The position numbers were made by a program, and so were the translations under genes. A stretch of 64,000 nucleotides of DNA, from positions 8,680,001-8,744,000 of the forward strand of contig NC_043000.1 of assembly GCF_006345805.1 (NCBI RefSeq). Reading direction: 5' to 3'. The stretch's first letter is position 1, and the number at the start of each line of letters is the position of its first letter. The notes under the pieces were generated by a model. It made no database searches, was not told the DNA's origin, and was given only the letters and a program-made list of their open reading frames with translations. Below are positions 11,956 to 27,229 of this stretch, piece by piece. Origin of the DNA: Octopus sinensis (lineage: Eukaryota).

Positions 11956-13149
11956 CATACACATATACACGCATATGTATGCATGTATATATGTGTGTGT
12001 ATGCATGTGCGTCATATGTACATATACACACACGCACCCACATATGCTGGTGATTCCTTAGTTTTTTCCTACTGTTCTCTTGTGTATATCTGTATACGAA
12101 GGCTGTGAATATATTATCTCAGCAAAATGCTGTCGTGATTGTTTAATGTACGTATACACCCATACAGGTGTGTTTAATGTACGTATACACCCATACAGGT
12201 GGTTCTAATTTATGCAAATAAATTCGATTAATGTTTCATAGGGAAAATAAAAAAGGAAATAAATATCAAGTATTTTTACCAAAGAATGAAAAAGATGAAA
12301 GAATTGAAGATGGTTTGGAACCTAATGGTTGTGTATAAAGAGACTGTATTGAAACATAGAAAAGATTCTTTGAGTTTCACTCGATATATCAAAGGCGAAC
12401 ACTGCGTAGGAGGAGAAAAAGAAATACCTGATGGAAAAATATATAGTTGTTAGCAAAATTGAATAAAATTTCAAATTTTATTGTTGTTGTGGTCTGTGGT
12501 AATAAAGACATTTTTTGCTGAGAATAATTTATTCTAATATTGGCAATTAACGTCATTGCTAAATATTGGAAGACATTTCAGAATAAAATACCGTTATGTA
12601 TAACATTTATAACGCATATGTATACCATATATAAGTGGAACGGCATCAGGTATAATATTTTATCGTAGAGAAACATCTTAGAGACACGTCTGTGTCTCTT
12701 AAGAAAGCAGGGCTTCGCCCCGCTAGTGCCGTCCCTCGCTTTACACGTTTACTCTTTTACTTGTTCCAGTCAATTGACTATGGCCACGCTGGAGCGCCAC
12801 CTTATAGGGTTTTAGTCGAACAAATTAACTATTTCCCAGCAGCTTCTCGTCGCTGACGCCACCAAAGGGGAACAATATTATTGTTAAAGGTGTGAAATTG
12901 ATACGATCCTTTGGACAATAACTGTTGAGGATTTAGCGACTTTTTAAGTATTTTTCTTTTTATTCTTTTTGTTTGTACTCTATACAATTTTTAAACATAT
13001 TATTTAGTGTAACGTCACGCACCTTCTTATTTTGTAAACATCCTGTTTACATACTTTTTTGTGCGACGTCTGTTTCTTCCCTCTTTTCTTCTTTTCTCTT
13101 CCTTTTGCCTCCTCTCTCTCTCTCTCGCTCTCTCGATACCTACATACAT

Positions 13150-13227
<78 letters not shown>

Positions 13228-13559
13228 GCATATGTATAGTGAGAATTTACAAAAAAAATGTTTTAGTCATTGTACTGCGGCCATGCAGGGACACCACCTT
13301 GAAGGGTTTTTAGTCGAACATATCGATCTCAGTATTAATTTTTAAGTCTGGTATTTATTCTATCGTACCCATTTGTCGAATCGCTAAGTTATGGGAACGT
13401 GAACAAATCATTACAGGTTATGAAGTGGTGGAGGGAAACAAACTCAGTTACAAAGACACACATATCGTTTGGTAAGAAGCATTCGTAATGTGTAAGCGCT
13501 TTTAACCGTTTCCATCTTGTTAAGCACACGTGTTATAAAGCAATCCGTGTAGAAGTAAT

Positions 13560-13800
13560 TATTTCAGTTGCGCTGTTGACTAATTTGGCTTCGTTTAGGA
13601 TTAAGAATTCCATAAAGTATTCTTTTGCTTTTAGAAATCGATAATTTTCTTTCCTTATTTTTCATTTGCACAAATTCTAGATGCTCACTACATGAAACAT
13701 TTCTAAAAGACAAATGCTTGATTTGTTGCTTATGTATCCTAATCCGATGAGTTAATTTTAGTCCTGTTTGGCTGATATAATTCTCATTGCAAGCTTCAGG
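13560..13800 (-). mobile_element. Penelope-like element GIY-YIG endonuclease C-terminal remnant
   Basis: CNENYISQTGLKLTHRIRIHKQQIKHLSFRNVSCSEHL matches the YIGQT..R..EH-type GIY-YIG pattern; frameshifted tail. Confidence 0.7.
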
Positions 13801-16524
13801 TCGACTAAAGCCCTGTAAATAAAAGGGTTGATGGAGGTGTTGCAGACCACTTGGTGTATTGCACCAGTAATGCAAAGGCACGACCATGTCACACTGTGTG
13901 CCATGCCGATTCTGATAGAGAATTACATTAATGGCACACATGTCTATGGAATACTCAGTCACTTAGGTGCTAATTCAATGAACAGGTAGTTCAGGTGTCT
14001 AGGTGAATATTCATCGTCGAAACTGACGGAGATTCATTTTTTTATTTACTAATACTTAAGAGAAAATGGATGACAAGTTTCAAATACATTATATGGTTTC
14101 CAATTTAAGCATAAGCTAAAAAATTTTAAAAGAAATGGTTGGCCCCATTACTTTTATCGACCCTAAAAGGATGAAAGGCAAAGCTGGCTTTGACGGTATT
14201 TGAACTCAGAACATAAATACCGCCTGGGATTTTCCTGTGGTACTAATGATTTTGCAAGCTCACCGCCTTTCAAAATACATTATATAAAAAGTGAATGATA
14301 AAAAAGAAACGACATAAAAGGGATGAAGGAAACTAGGATTTCTACAGAAATGTTGATGTAAGCAGCCTCACAGATGTAATAAGTAGCTGTCCACGAAGCA
14401 CGAAGATGAAACAAGCGTTGCCTTCCTTACATCCTAACATGAAAGATAAAGCTTATTGATTTCCTAGAAGGACGGAAGACAGTTTTATTCTGATGGAACC
14501 GTAGTTTCATTTTGAAATCTTATCTATTCACCTACTTTTTCAAATATCTCTTATTTTAAAATTTTATTTCTTTTCAGATTTTATCAGTTTTTGCATTATA
14601 TTTAGTTTTCTAATAATAAAAATTTTAAGTATTTTTCATAATTATTGTTTTAGAATTTTATTTAGTTTCTTTATTTCATTTCATTGATTTTAAGGTGCAA
14701 TGACAAAAAAAAAAAAGAAATGAAGAAAACTTGAGTGGCATTTGAACCCAGGGCGAAGACTTTTGAAATATTAGAAGGTTACAGTGTTCTAACGAAGACA
14801 ATCAATGCAACTTTAGCAGCGTTAGGTAACGTTCTGATTTGTCTACGCATACAGCGGCGGAGCTAAAAAGGGAACAGGGGGACTGACCGCTCCTCACGAG
14901 CACATTTTTCAAAATTGACGCCTTTTCAACAATTCCTTTTAACTCTTTTCTTCACTTTTGCAATGAAAGCCGAATTTTCTTTTTTTTCTTTGTAAATCAC
15001 ATGACTTTGGAAGAACTTTCTGGAGTTATTACTGTATTTGACCAATCTCCTGTGTTTTTGAACTGTCTGTTCAATCTCCTGCGATGTGTTGGTGGCCGCT
15101 AACATCCGAAGAAGCAGGACAAACCCTGACGTCATAACCTCTCGACGCTGGACGATCCAGTGGAGTTTCATCTTTTTCACGTCACAAAATATATCAGTAG
15201 TTGTAAGTTTCATACACAATGACATTGTTACTGAAACAAGAAATGAATGAATGTAGAACTACATTTATGTATATATTAGCTAATGAAATATTTCGCGTAA
15301 TATGAGACGAATGAATTAAAAATTATTTTGTATGTGTCACAGCGCCTTTTTTATGCGCTCATTCCCATTAATTTTAGAACCTGACTACGCCTCTGTGTGC
15401 ATATTATATATATATATATATATATTAATTTGTCTTAATGTACTTATATATATATATATATATATATATATACTTTTACACTTCTACTTGTTTCAGTCAT
15501 TTGACACCGCCTTTAGTCGAACAAATCGACCCCAGGACTTATTATTTGTAAACCTAGTACTTATTCTATCGGTCTCTTTTGCCGAACAGCTAAGTGACGG
15601 GGACATGAACACACCACCATCGGTTGTCAAGCGATGTTGGGGGAACAAACACAGACACACAAACACACATACATATATACGACGGGCTTCTTTCAATTTC
15701 CGTCTGCCAAATCCACTCACAAGGCTTTGGTCGGCCCGAGGCTATAGTAGAAGGTGCCACGCAGTGAGACTTAACCCGGAACCATGTGGCTGGTAAGCAA
15801 GCTACTTGCCACACACACACACACATGCATGTTATGTAGTTAATTTCGCCGAATTGTAGCAAGTGAGCAATGAAAAAAATTGTTAGTAAAAGAAATGAGG
15901 GTGATAATTTAAAATGTTTGAGAAGCAGAGGTAAAGAGTAAGCATTATACACCAATAAACCCTAGAATTGATTGGTACTTTATTTTATGAATCTCAGAAG
16001 GATGAAAGACAAATTTGACCTCGTCACTATTGTGAACTCAGAACGCAAACGTAGGCAACTAATTATCATAGAGTGTTTCGTCGATCGCTCCACCGATTTT
16101 TATTCTTTATCACTTGATCACTTTATAAAGAACTAAGATGTACACAAATACTGAAGGCAAAAAATTATTTCTTGTCAGTAAATGCAAATATTTGCGTTAT
16201 ATTCGTATAGAAGTGTGAAAAACTTATGGTCTAGTGCTTAGCGTGTTCGTCCTTATTGCAGGAGAGATTTTTTTAATCTCTCAAACGGTAACGCCAGAGA
16301 AATAAAAAACACAAACTTTTCATTACCTGAAGCAGTACTTTGTCTGAAACGTCGGTAACTCTCCTTATAATGGCATACCAGTTTAATTTTTCTCTTATAC
16401 CAATAAACACAATTTTTGGCAAGGTAGGCCTCTACAAGTTTCCTGAATTCTGGTTTTCACACACGTACACACACACACATACACACACATATATCTTTGC
16501 TACTCGACACACACACATATATAC

Positions 16525-16630
<106 letters not shown>

Positions 16631-17239
16631 AAGTCTGTTACAAAACGAGAAAAGCAAAATATTCTTATTAAATTCAGTCAACTGATAGATGCGAATATCG
16701 CTTCCAAATTCAACGGAAAGGAAAACTTTATTAGATTTGCTTTCAGAATCTACAGGATTATAACGTGATTATGGGTTCACATTTCTATCAATAATCACTG
16801 GCTCACGTCTTTGGCATCATAAATGTAACCCTTGAAAAGTTAAATTTCCTGTTAAAGGTAAAGAATATATCAACGAAACATTTCTGAGTTATATGTATCC
16901 TGTCGATTTAATTTGACACGGAACTGGAGAAATATGCACAATATTTTACGAAGTCCATCCAAAAATGATATTAGTTTAATCTTGCTAGAGTTATTGTATA
17001 AGAAAGATATATTATCGAATTTTATCGAAGACCTAGGCCTATATTTATTTACTGTTCCATGAAAATTGATTTTTAATATAGCCACAAGGTAACGAATTTA
17101 TATGAGAAATAAGGTTTGGCGATTTAATGAATCTAGAAAATAAAATTCAAAGAGAAAAAGTGTTGCAGTACACAAATCATACATATATGCCCGTATGTAC
17201 GAATGCTTGTACGTCTGTACGTACATATGAATCTATCCG

Positions 17240-17322
<83 letters not shown>

Positions 17323-18533
17323 TAATCAATTACTTTATCTTTCTATCTGTCTGTCTGATGTCTGTGTACACATTAGTGTGTTGGGTTCATAAAAATAAGA
17401 CAGCTGGTTCGATTACCGGAATGGGCGGGACATTATCTCCGTAAGTTACGCATTCCATTTCACATTACTCCAGTCTACTCAGCTGAACGCAAGTCCCGAC
17501 CCAGCGACTGTGCTGCTCATCTCTCTGTCTCTCAAGACATCTTGGTTCTTCCACTGGGCTAAGCGTTAGAGGGCCAAGAAAATGTCTTTGCCAGCTCGGA
17601 ATTATATTGGCACCTAAAACAATTAGTGAAAACATAGTACATATATGGTAGCGAGTCCTAATTGCGAGGGACAGCAGCTATACTTCGGTTACCTGTCTGC
17701 TGCCAGCACACACGAGCGCGCGTGCATACATTCAGCAATAAAACACATATGTACTCCTGAAGGTACACCACGATCAGTCTTAGCAAGGATTCGTTCTCTA
17801 AACGTGCTAATCAAATATTGAACGAATACACAGAAAGAGAGCCAACCACAGATGTGCAGACACATACACACAAACATATACACGTACATACATATATATA
17901 TATATACATACATACGACGGACTTCTTTCAGTTTCCGTCTACTAAGTCCACTCACAAGGCTTTGGTCGGCTCGAAGCTATAGTAGAAGACACTTGCCCAA
18001 GGTGCCAGGCAGTGGGACTGAACCCAGAACCATGTGGTTGGTAAGCAAGCTACTTACCACATAGCCACTCCTACGCCTATATATTAAAAAAATCCTATTG
18101 TATTTTTATAATTAACTATTATTAGGAATTGTATGAAAAATTGAAATATTTTCTATATTGAAGAAATATAAGCAATTTATTGCAGATTTATTTTAATAGC
18201 AAAATTTTATATGGACCGCCAAGGACCAAAAGGACCCCAGTTGAGAATCGCTGTACTAAAAGGCACAAGGCTTGAAATTTGTGGGGAGGAGTTAGTCGAT
18301 CGCAGAGACCCCACTGCTCAACTGATACTTATATCATCAACTTCGAAAGGATGGAAGGCAAAGTCAGCCTTAGTGAAATTTCGCTTTGTCATTCACGACT
18401 GACATTGATATCATGGCACCAAACCCTGCAATATTACTTAAATCAACAGTTATCGAAATATTCCGTCAATTTAATTTTCTATTATATTGAATTCAAAATC
18501 TCTTTAGGTGCTTTCGAATAGTATGAAAAATGA

Positions 18534-18760
18534 ATGTAAAAAACAAATATAACACCATCAGTCGCCATGATAGATCAGTAGCCACTACACACATTTTTTT
18601 TCTCTCCTTGTTTTTTTTTCTTTGTGTCCCTTTCTGTAGAAGTACGTAGGCTCGAAAGGTAAAAGACTTTTTTCTATTCCTGAGCGTTATACTAACACAT
18701 GTGTTTGTTTTGTACACCACCTGTCTTCGTCTTTTGTTTTTTGTCGTGAACATCTGTCTG
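18534..18760 (+). repeat. Solo pLTR-like repeat (family also at 33159-33585 and 40970-41090)
   Basis: gccatgatagatc...tttctgtagaagtacgtaggctcgaaaggtaaaagactt...acctgtcttcgtcttttg. Confidence 0.75.
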
Positions 18761-20004
18761 GGTAGAAATCCATCAGAACTTAATTTATTTCGAGAGGGAT
18801 TCCCGTGGGCAAAAACGTGCGAACAAACTTTCAAATGGATGTGTGCTAGGTAAGAGACCTTTTTTGCAGGATTGCAGGGAGAATGGATGGTAGTCATGGT
18901 TATTGCTAGTCAAGGATGGCTGTAGGAAATGTCCTGCCCAGTAGGTAGGGGGGGGGGGGCGGGGGCTTACAGCTATTGGAATAAGCAGGCGCCTTTCGTT
19001 ATTACAAAAATGGCTGCTATTTCATTACTTTTAGTCGGTTGATAGAGTTGACCTGGGTTAAACAACAATAGCGACAACAGCAGAAGCAGCAACGATAACA
19101 ACAACAACAACAACAACAGTAACAGATTTTATTAAAAATGCGTTACTCGAAGACGATGTCCAATAATGTATTTGCAATACCAGAACTGTTACCAAGATTC
19201 TAAGTGTATAGAGAAAACTCACACTATTGATATTAAAATCAGCCAGTTCTAGCATAAATTGGAAACCCCATAAATAGATAAATAGTCACAGCAACATATT
19301 CTGTTTCAGAATAAAATTCAAGGAAAGCGACATACGATTAGTGAGGACAGCTCTTCAATATCATATCGTATCATTCTAACGGCATTCACTGAGAAAATTG
19401 ATATCGATCTTGGGCCTAAATTATCTTAAGAAAACAAAGTACTATGTGTCATTCAAATACTATGTATTATTATCAGTACCACTAAGATTAAATAACCAAC
19501 AACAAAACATAATAATGAATCGACATGCTCTAATTAAAAAAAAGTCGTTGAAAGAGGTATACGACTGGTTTCGACAGTCTTTCAATGTCAGATATCAATC
19601 AGACGAAACTGAGAAAATAATAACGGTGTTTGGGCCTATATAATACACTTTAAAATACAGTGTATTATATGAATACCATACCACGTATTATGAGTACCCG
19701 TCATTTTATTATTGAATTTAGTGAAAAAAGTGTGTATTATACATGTAGATTTACGGTACATAGAAACATATAGATCAACTAAACGCTCAAAGTGATGAGA
19801 GTAACATTCTGCGAGTCATAAGTAAAAAAAAAAAAGAACCCAATAAATACACTTTGGAGCGGTTTCATGCCATTTCAGAACTGCTGGAGGGATCTACTTA
19901 TTGGAACCTCTAAATGGTCGCCCAACAAGCTAGATAGAGCAGCCAAATCTCACCTCATAATATTCTATATCTTCATAATTTTTTATATGGTGAACCCATT
20001 AAAC

Positions 20005-21250
20005 TAAGCAAAGAGAATATCTGTCATGTTATTCTTTATGAGTTTGATTGAGATTCTAATGCAAACGAAGCAGCCAAAAATATTGAAAGGTCTTCTCGTC
20101 AAGATGTACCGAGTGAAAAAAACTTGTAGAAGTTGTTTTGAAGAATTCAGATGTGGCAGTTTCAATTTGCTTCATAACCCCAGATCGAGACGTCTTTCCG
20201 AATGGGGTGACGAAATTCTAAAGGTAGAACTTGCAAGAAATTCCGCCGTGGCGGTGAGAGAGCTTTCCAATGAATTTAATCATAGCTTTATGACTATTCA
20301 TCGTGGCACTCCGTCGTTTACGACGACGAGGGTTCCAGTTAATCTGATCAACGGAACAGCGTGCTCATGAAATTAACGTGCAAGTGGCTCAGCACTCAAC
20401 AGACACGTGTGCCCTTAACGTAGTTCTCGGGGATAATCAGCGTGACACAGATTGTGACAAGGCTGGCCCTTTGAAATACAGGTACACAGAAACAGTAAGA
20501 AAGAGAGAAAGTTGTGGTGAAAGAATACAGCTGGGTTCGCCACCATTCCCTGTCGGAGCCTCGTGGAGCTTTAGGTGTTTTCGCTCAATATACACTCACA
20601 ACGCCCGGTCTTGGAAATCCCGATCCTACGACCGCGAGTCCGCTGCCCTAACCACTGGGCCATTGCGCCTCCACTTACAATTCATAATCATTTCAAGAAG
20701 CAAGGAAAATTGGTTTCTCACTCTTTCATTGACAAATTGTCTACAATGCATTGACTGCTGGGAATTGCTCCATACACGTCACTGCCAAGCACGTTTTAAA
20801 ATCGCGTCTCGACTGGAAATGAGAACTGGATTCTTTACCGCAATATTAAGTATTTCAGACAGTGACTAAACCCGAATCTAAAACATACATACATCCATAA
20901 GGGAAACTTCACCCAGAGAAAATTTTACTGGGTATTTGGTGGGATATGAGAGAAAGGGACTATTCATTATGAGCTCCTAGGATGGAATCAAACTATCTCT
21001 TCTGAAATCTATCAGCAATTTCACATTTTGAAGACTGCTTTGGATTGAAAACACACCGCTCTAATAAACCGCAGGAACGGTGTTCTCTTTCATAAGGATA
21101 ATGCTCAACATCACAGCAAATAAATCACCGAAAATGTTCTTGAATTTTTCGGATGGGAAAACATGTTACATCCTCCATATTCCCCTGATCTTGGTCCATA
21201 AGGTTTCTTCTAATTTAGATCTTTGAAAAACCATTTAGAAAGGAAAATAT
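20005..21250 (+). pseudogene. Decayed mariner transposase interrupted by a retro-insertion (about 20290-20656)
   Basis: N-terminal KENICHVILYEF..SNANEAAKNI..FRCGSFNL..PRS..VRELS; later TGNENWILY, EKILLGIWWD, HYELL, LFHKDNA, LHPPYSPDL; many stops and frameshifts. Confidence 0.85.
20455..20656 (-). mobile_element. tRNA(Arg)-like-head SINE
   Basis: ggaggcgcaatggcccagtggttagggcagcggactcgcggtcgtaggatc...; other copies at 28460-28773 (-), 51795-51960 (-), 56829-57115 (+) and a variant at 57399-57645 (+). A/B boxes present, no 3' acceptor arm. Confidence 0.8.
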
Positions 21251-21488
21251 AGCCGGCAGGGAATACAAAGAATTTTAATTACGTATATTGCAATTAAAAA
21301 TCCAACAAAAAGTTTTAAACCAGGCTTTAAAAAACTTTGAAAAACCCTTGAGTGACGTGATAAAAAAAGAAGGAAGCCAAATTGATTATTGATGCTTAAA
21401 TTTCCAGTATTAGGTATCATGTTTGTTAATTGAATACTAAAAACTGGACAGAACTTTACACACACACACACATACACGCACACAAAGG

Positions 21489-21525
<37 letters not shown>

Positions 21526-22009
21526 ACATTTGCATATATGCAAATAATTTTTGCTGATGTAGATTACCTCTAGTTTCCTCGATCTCTGATTTTCTTTACA
21601 AACAGAAATAGACAGACGATTGTAAGCTCCAATATTTCTTAGACATGACCTGACATTTAAATTAATTTCAAACACTACTAATTACAATTTGCCTTCTAAC
21701 CACTTTAAGATTCTAGAAATCCATATTTCCCAATAAATATCAAAGCTGATTTGGTTTTATCATCATTTAAAAAAAAAAAAAAATTGATATATACATACAT
21801 TCATGCATGAATACATGCATACACACAGACACAGACACTCGCACGCGCGTACACACACACATGGCAATGTGAGCATTATGTTTGATCTTTAGAATTCTAA
21901 TTTTTAAAAAATTACGGTTATAAATGCCACAAATGATATAACTTTTGTGTAGATTTATTTAATTATCTAATCATATAACTAACTAATTAACTAACTAGTT
22001 ATGCATATA

Positions 22010-22075
<66 letters not shown>

Positions 22076-22200
22076 ATATACATATATATATACATGTGTA
22101 TATACATATGTATATACATGTATATATATATATATATGTATGTTTATATGTATGTATGTATGTACGTATGTAGGTATGTATGTATGTATGTGTGCGCATG

Positions 22201-22234
<34 letters not shown>

Positions 22235-22784
22235 TGTATGTATCATAAAGGTGTGAATGTCTGCAGCTATCTAGATTTCTATGCCACATGAGCAGTGTCA
22301 CAGATTGGTTTCCTCTATGCTTTGATGTAGTTTGACAGTCATTGAAGCCAGTGGAGATCCAACTAAGAACAAATTGATATGGTAATGACACAAATTTAGA
22401 TGTTCAGATATTACGTTAGAATATTTGGGATGTTAGATTTTTAATGATTCCTACATAGAAACCATAGATTTCGGCGTTGTAGTCAAGCTAACGATAGTGT
22501 CACTGTACGGCCACACGATCTGCTAGAACCAGCAACCAAATACCTTCAAATAATACCCAAACCTTCTTGAAAATATGGACTGGCACATTTGATAATTGAA
22601 GTCTAAAATATGCAAAAAATGGTATGGTCCCACTGGAACGCGTTTGATCATATCATAAATAGTCTGATAAGGACAGTTCTTGAACGAAACCACAAAAATA
22701 ACAAGTGTCACTGGGACATTAGTTGCTCCTGTAGAAAGAAAGTGACAGTCATGAAAAAAATATAGATCTTATTTCGAAAAACAG

Positions 22785-22868
<84 letters not shown>

Positions 22869-23912
22869 GGGCGGCGAGCTGGTAGAATCGTTAGCACGCC
22901 GGACGAAATGCTTAGCGGTATTTCATCTGCCGCTACGTTCTGAGTTCAAATTCCGCCGAGGTCGACTTTGCCTTTCATCCTTCGGGGTTGATTAAATAAG
23001 TACCAGTTACGCACTGGGGTCGATGTAATCGACTTAATCCGTTTGTCTGTCTTTGTTCGTCCCCTTTGTGTTTAGTCCCTTGTGGATAGTAAAGAAATAG
23101 GTATTTCGTCTGCCGTTACGTTCTGAGTTCAAATTCCGCCGAGGTCGACTTTGTCTTTCATCCTTTCGCGGTCGATAAATTAAGTACCAGTCGCCGGGCC
23201 CCCTTCCTCCAAATTTCAGGCCTTGTGCCTATAGTAGAAAGGATTATTATTACTATTATTAAAGTGAAGGCGGTGAGTTGGCAGCATCGCCGGGCAAAAT
23301 GCTTGGCGGCATTTCGTCAGTCTTTACATTCTCAGTTCAAATTCCACCGAGGTCGACTTTGTCTTTCATTCTTTCGGGATCAATAAGTACTAGTCGAGCA
23401 CTGGGGTCGATGTGATCGACTTGTCCACTCCCCGAAATTCCACGCCTTGCGCCTATAATAGAAAGGATTATTATTATTATTATTATTAGAACGGTTGATA
23501 AGCAAAATCATTGAAGTATCGGAGAAAATGATTGACAGTATGGCAGTATTTGTTTCAGCTCTTTATGATTTAAATTCAAACCCTGCTGAGGTCAGTTTTG
23601 CCTTTCATTCTTTCGGGGTCGATAACATAGAGTACCAGTCAAGAATAATGATCAATGGTATCGAGTTACTCTCTTCTTAAGGCGGCGAGCTGGCAGAGTG
23701 GTTAGCACGCCGGGCGAAATGCTTAGCGGTTTTTCGTCTGCCGTTACGTTCTGAGTTCAAACTCCGCCGAGGTCGACTTTGCCTTTCATCCTTTCGGGGT
23801 CGATTAAATAAGTACCAGTTACGCACTGTGGTCGATATAATCGACTTAATCCGTTTGTCTGTCCTTGTTTGTCCTCTCTGTGTTTAGCCCCTTCGTGGGC
23901 AGTAAAGAAATA
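22869..23912 (+). mobile_element. Cluster of tandem tRNA-derived (CORE-like) SINE copies
   Basis: Repeated ggcggcgagctggcaga.tcgttagcacgccgg.cgaaatgctt...gagttcaaattccgccgaggtcgactttgcctttcatcctttcggggtcgat...; other copies at 24627-24810, 30915-31310, 40490-40640 (-), 44445-44895, 55590-55750 (-) and 62766-62990. Confidence 0.9.
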
Positions 23913-24814
23913 GGTATCGAGTTACTCTCTTCCTTCGAAGCTGTTAACTTTGTTTCTCAATCTGAAACAATTATTCTTGGGTGGTGGACTGGCAGGATCG
24001 TTAAAGCACCGAAGAAAATATCTGGCTGTATTTGCTGATACAGACATACATACACATACAACGGAATCAACAGAAAATATAATATAAAATGAATTCATGG
24101 TAAGCTGTTGAACAGTTTGAAAAGAAAAAAAAAAGACCATTGAGTTGTAACAGCAAATATGGCAGCTGCGGATTGTGACAACATGACTACACAGCAAAAA
24201 AAAAAGCAAAAAAAAAAACTGACGTTTTTCTTTTGTTAAAATCACTACATAGGCATAGAATTGATGTTACGGACAATATAGTGATTTCATAGATCGATAT
24301 ACACACAACAATCAATACTTCCCTAAATGCTCTGAATTCATGTCCTAGTTTTATGCAAAAATATTTTATCTCTGCTTCCAGTATCCCCAATTTTTTTGTA
24401 TCTTCCCTAAGCTCTTGATATCGTGAATTTCTTAAGCTAACTCCATTTATTGATACAACTTATCTTCCATCATTCATTATCCACCTGTTTTCCTATTATT
24501 TATTTGTTTATTTATTATATTGCTTCCTAATGTTGACATCCCCTCCCTTTACAGCTTGTGCATGTTTTGTCGAAATTACATGTTTCCTTTGATCTTTCTT
24601 TTGGTATAAGTATTATGCTTGCTTTTAAAGGCGACGGGCTGGCAGAATCGTTAGAACGTCGGACAACATGCTCAGCGGAATTTCATCTGGCTTTACGTTC
24701 TAAGTTCAATTGCCGCTGGTATCAGCCTTGCCTTTCTTCCATTCGGGGTCAATAAAATAAGTACCAGTTGAGCACGGGGATGAATGAAATCAGCCATCCT
24801 CCTCTCCTGAAACC

Positions 24815-25088
24815 GCGACCCAACTTTTCGTCCGATGTCACTTTGTCAACATCTTTTGGTCCGACATCTTTTTGTCCGATAATTTTTTTTTTGTCTAACA
24901 ACTTTTTGCCCAATTTTAATTAAACTATTTAGAAAACAAGGTGAACATCAAAATTAAATAATCATTGAGAATTTTATCAATAGGATTTGTTGTTGGACAA
25001 AAATTATCGGACAAAAAGACATCGGACCAAAAGAAGTGAACAAAAAGACGTATGACGAAGTGACGTCGGACAAAAAGACTCGGCACCC
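24815..25088. mobile_element. MITE-like element with arrays of inverted subterminal repeats
   Basis: Left (tccgacatctttt)-like repeats mirrored by right (aaaagacatcgga)-like repeats; imperfect terminal inverted repeats. Confidence 0.6.
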
Positions 25089-27187
25089 TTGGAACTGCTA
25101 GTCTTTTGCCAAAATTTGAAATTGATGTTGTGTTGTCTTTTTTTATTTTTACAAAATTGTGGGAATATGTCTAAAATCTTGGAAATTCTTCCATGAATTT
25201 CACTTGTCGTTTTATCAAACATGTTACTATTTAGTTTTACCTTTATGTTCTATATTAAAATCTTAATGTTTCTTTGACTTGTGTGAGTCCATCATAAGGT
25301 ATATCAAAGGTATACCAGTGTTATTTTATTAACATCCGGTTAGATCTCACATGCTCAGGACATCGCAAGTGCCGTAATGAATTTTGATCCTCGAGGTTTT
25401 ATTGTGAAGATGGACGTGTTAAGCAGCATCTGCATAAACGAAAGCCTTCACTGTTATAGGATCAGATACATCGCATATCGGGAAATACGAGATAGTAATA
25501 AAAGAAATATGCAGTGATAACCTTTTTTTAAAGTATTTTAAAAATGCTTTATTTTTACTGTCGACTAAACAACAAATCACATCTTAAATTATAAGAAACA
25601 GGAGGAAAAGAAAGATAAAATAGGAAAAGAAAGAAAAAAAGCTGTGGGTAAAGCAGCAGAAGATGGAGATGGAGGGGGTGATGGGCTACACACACTGGAG
25701 CAAATGCGGTGCTCTTTCATGCCCTGTAGTTATGATCGCGATGCCATTGCCGCAGGGAGTAGCCACCGATACTCATTATATCAGACACTCCACCTCGCGG
25801 AATTCATTTCTCAGACGGGCCGCCGTTATCTCGATTTTTGCGGAGGAAATCGGTTGTACGGGGTCCAAGAATATCTGACCCCTCGATTAACGTAAACGAG
25901 TTGATGAATTTCCAGCTCGATACATGAAAATGCATAGCAATACGGGTGAGTGTTTGTCACTGGCTTGAGAGGTTGGTTAAAGTCCTCAGAGTCAGACTTG
26001 GTTAGGCTTTTTCGCACGCACGCACGCACACACACACACACACATACACGCACACATACAAACACACACACACACACACAGAAATGTCTCAAGAGAAGGC
26101 TATGAGTATGGGGTTGAGATAGACTGGTGGTTACCTCCCTTGAGTCAGAGTTCATTAATGTATGACCGCCATTTGTTGACGCAAATAACAGACCAGAATT
26201 GGGAAAAAGGACATGTTCCCTTGATCAGAGAATCAGCTTAAATGAAGTGGGGTGTGGGCGCTGATTATGTGCCGGCAGGTATTGATATTTGGCAGCTTTG
26301 GTGAAAAGGTGAGTTTTGTGTATGAGATTCAAAGAGTCAGAGCAGAGTGTGTTTTTTTTCTCCAAAATTTCCACAACTTCTTTAAATGTAAACTTGATTT
26401 TAGATTGCTAAAACTGCTTTCCCACGATGAATTGGCAGATGATCGTGAAAAAGTATTGCGGAATTAACTCTGATTCCTCGCATTCTGAGTTCAATTTACT
26501 TCTTTTCATATTTTTTCGGGATCGATAAAAAACAAAATATCAGCCAAGTATTAATATTTATTTGTAGATGGTATCGACTCTACAACTCCTAAAAATTGTT
26601 GGTCTTGCGTCTAAGTTAGAAACCAAAACGTTGCATCTATTCTAAAAAAATTTAACCTTAAAAAATAGAGGAATATTCTGCAGACCTTTGCGAATTCAAT
26701 TTCTAAATCTCCAAATTAATGAAAAGGAAATTGAAATATTGTAATTTAAAAGAAACCACTGCCCCCCACACCTCACAAGAAAAAAATATGCTGGTAAAAG
26801 TTTAATGCTATTCTATAATTGTGTTGTAGATACATAATGAGATTAAGTAATTTTTAACATATTGATACTAGCAGACGAACGTATATGTATGCATCACAGA
26901 TATGCAATCGTTATCTATCGTTAGGAAAGAAAAAATATTAAAAGAAAATATATATCTATAGAAATCAAACTTGTATCTAATAGATAATTCACGTAACTGG
27001 GATGTATTCAATAATCTATAATTAATATAGTCATATGCATTATTTTCCTTTTAAATGAGATTTGGAGATGAGAGTAAAATATATGTTGTACTCGATACTT
27101 CTAGATCACAAAGCGTATCTAATCCAGGAATTATCATGCAAAACGTATTGCATACACCACTGATGTATACATTTCTCTCTCTCCCTC

Positions 27188-27229
<42 letters not shown>

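Noticed and set aside
14851-15240. GC-richer segment with ORF 14926-15225 and a TIR-like start
   Set aside because: No partner TIR and no recognisable protein motif; single hAT-like TIR ends at about 18250, 39507 and 57880 are likewise unpaired.
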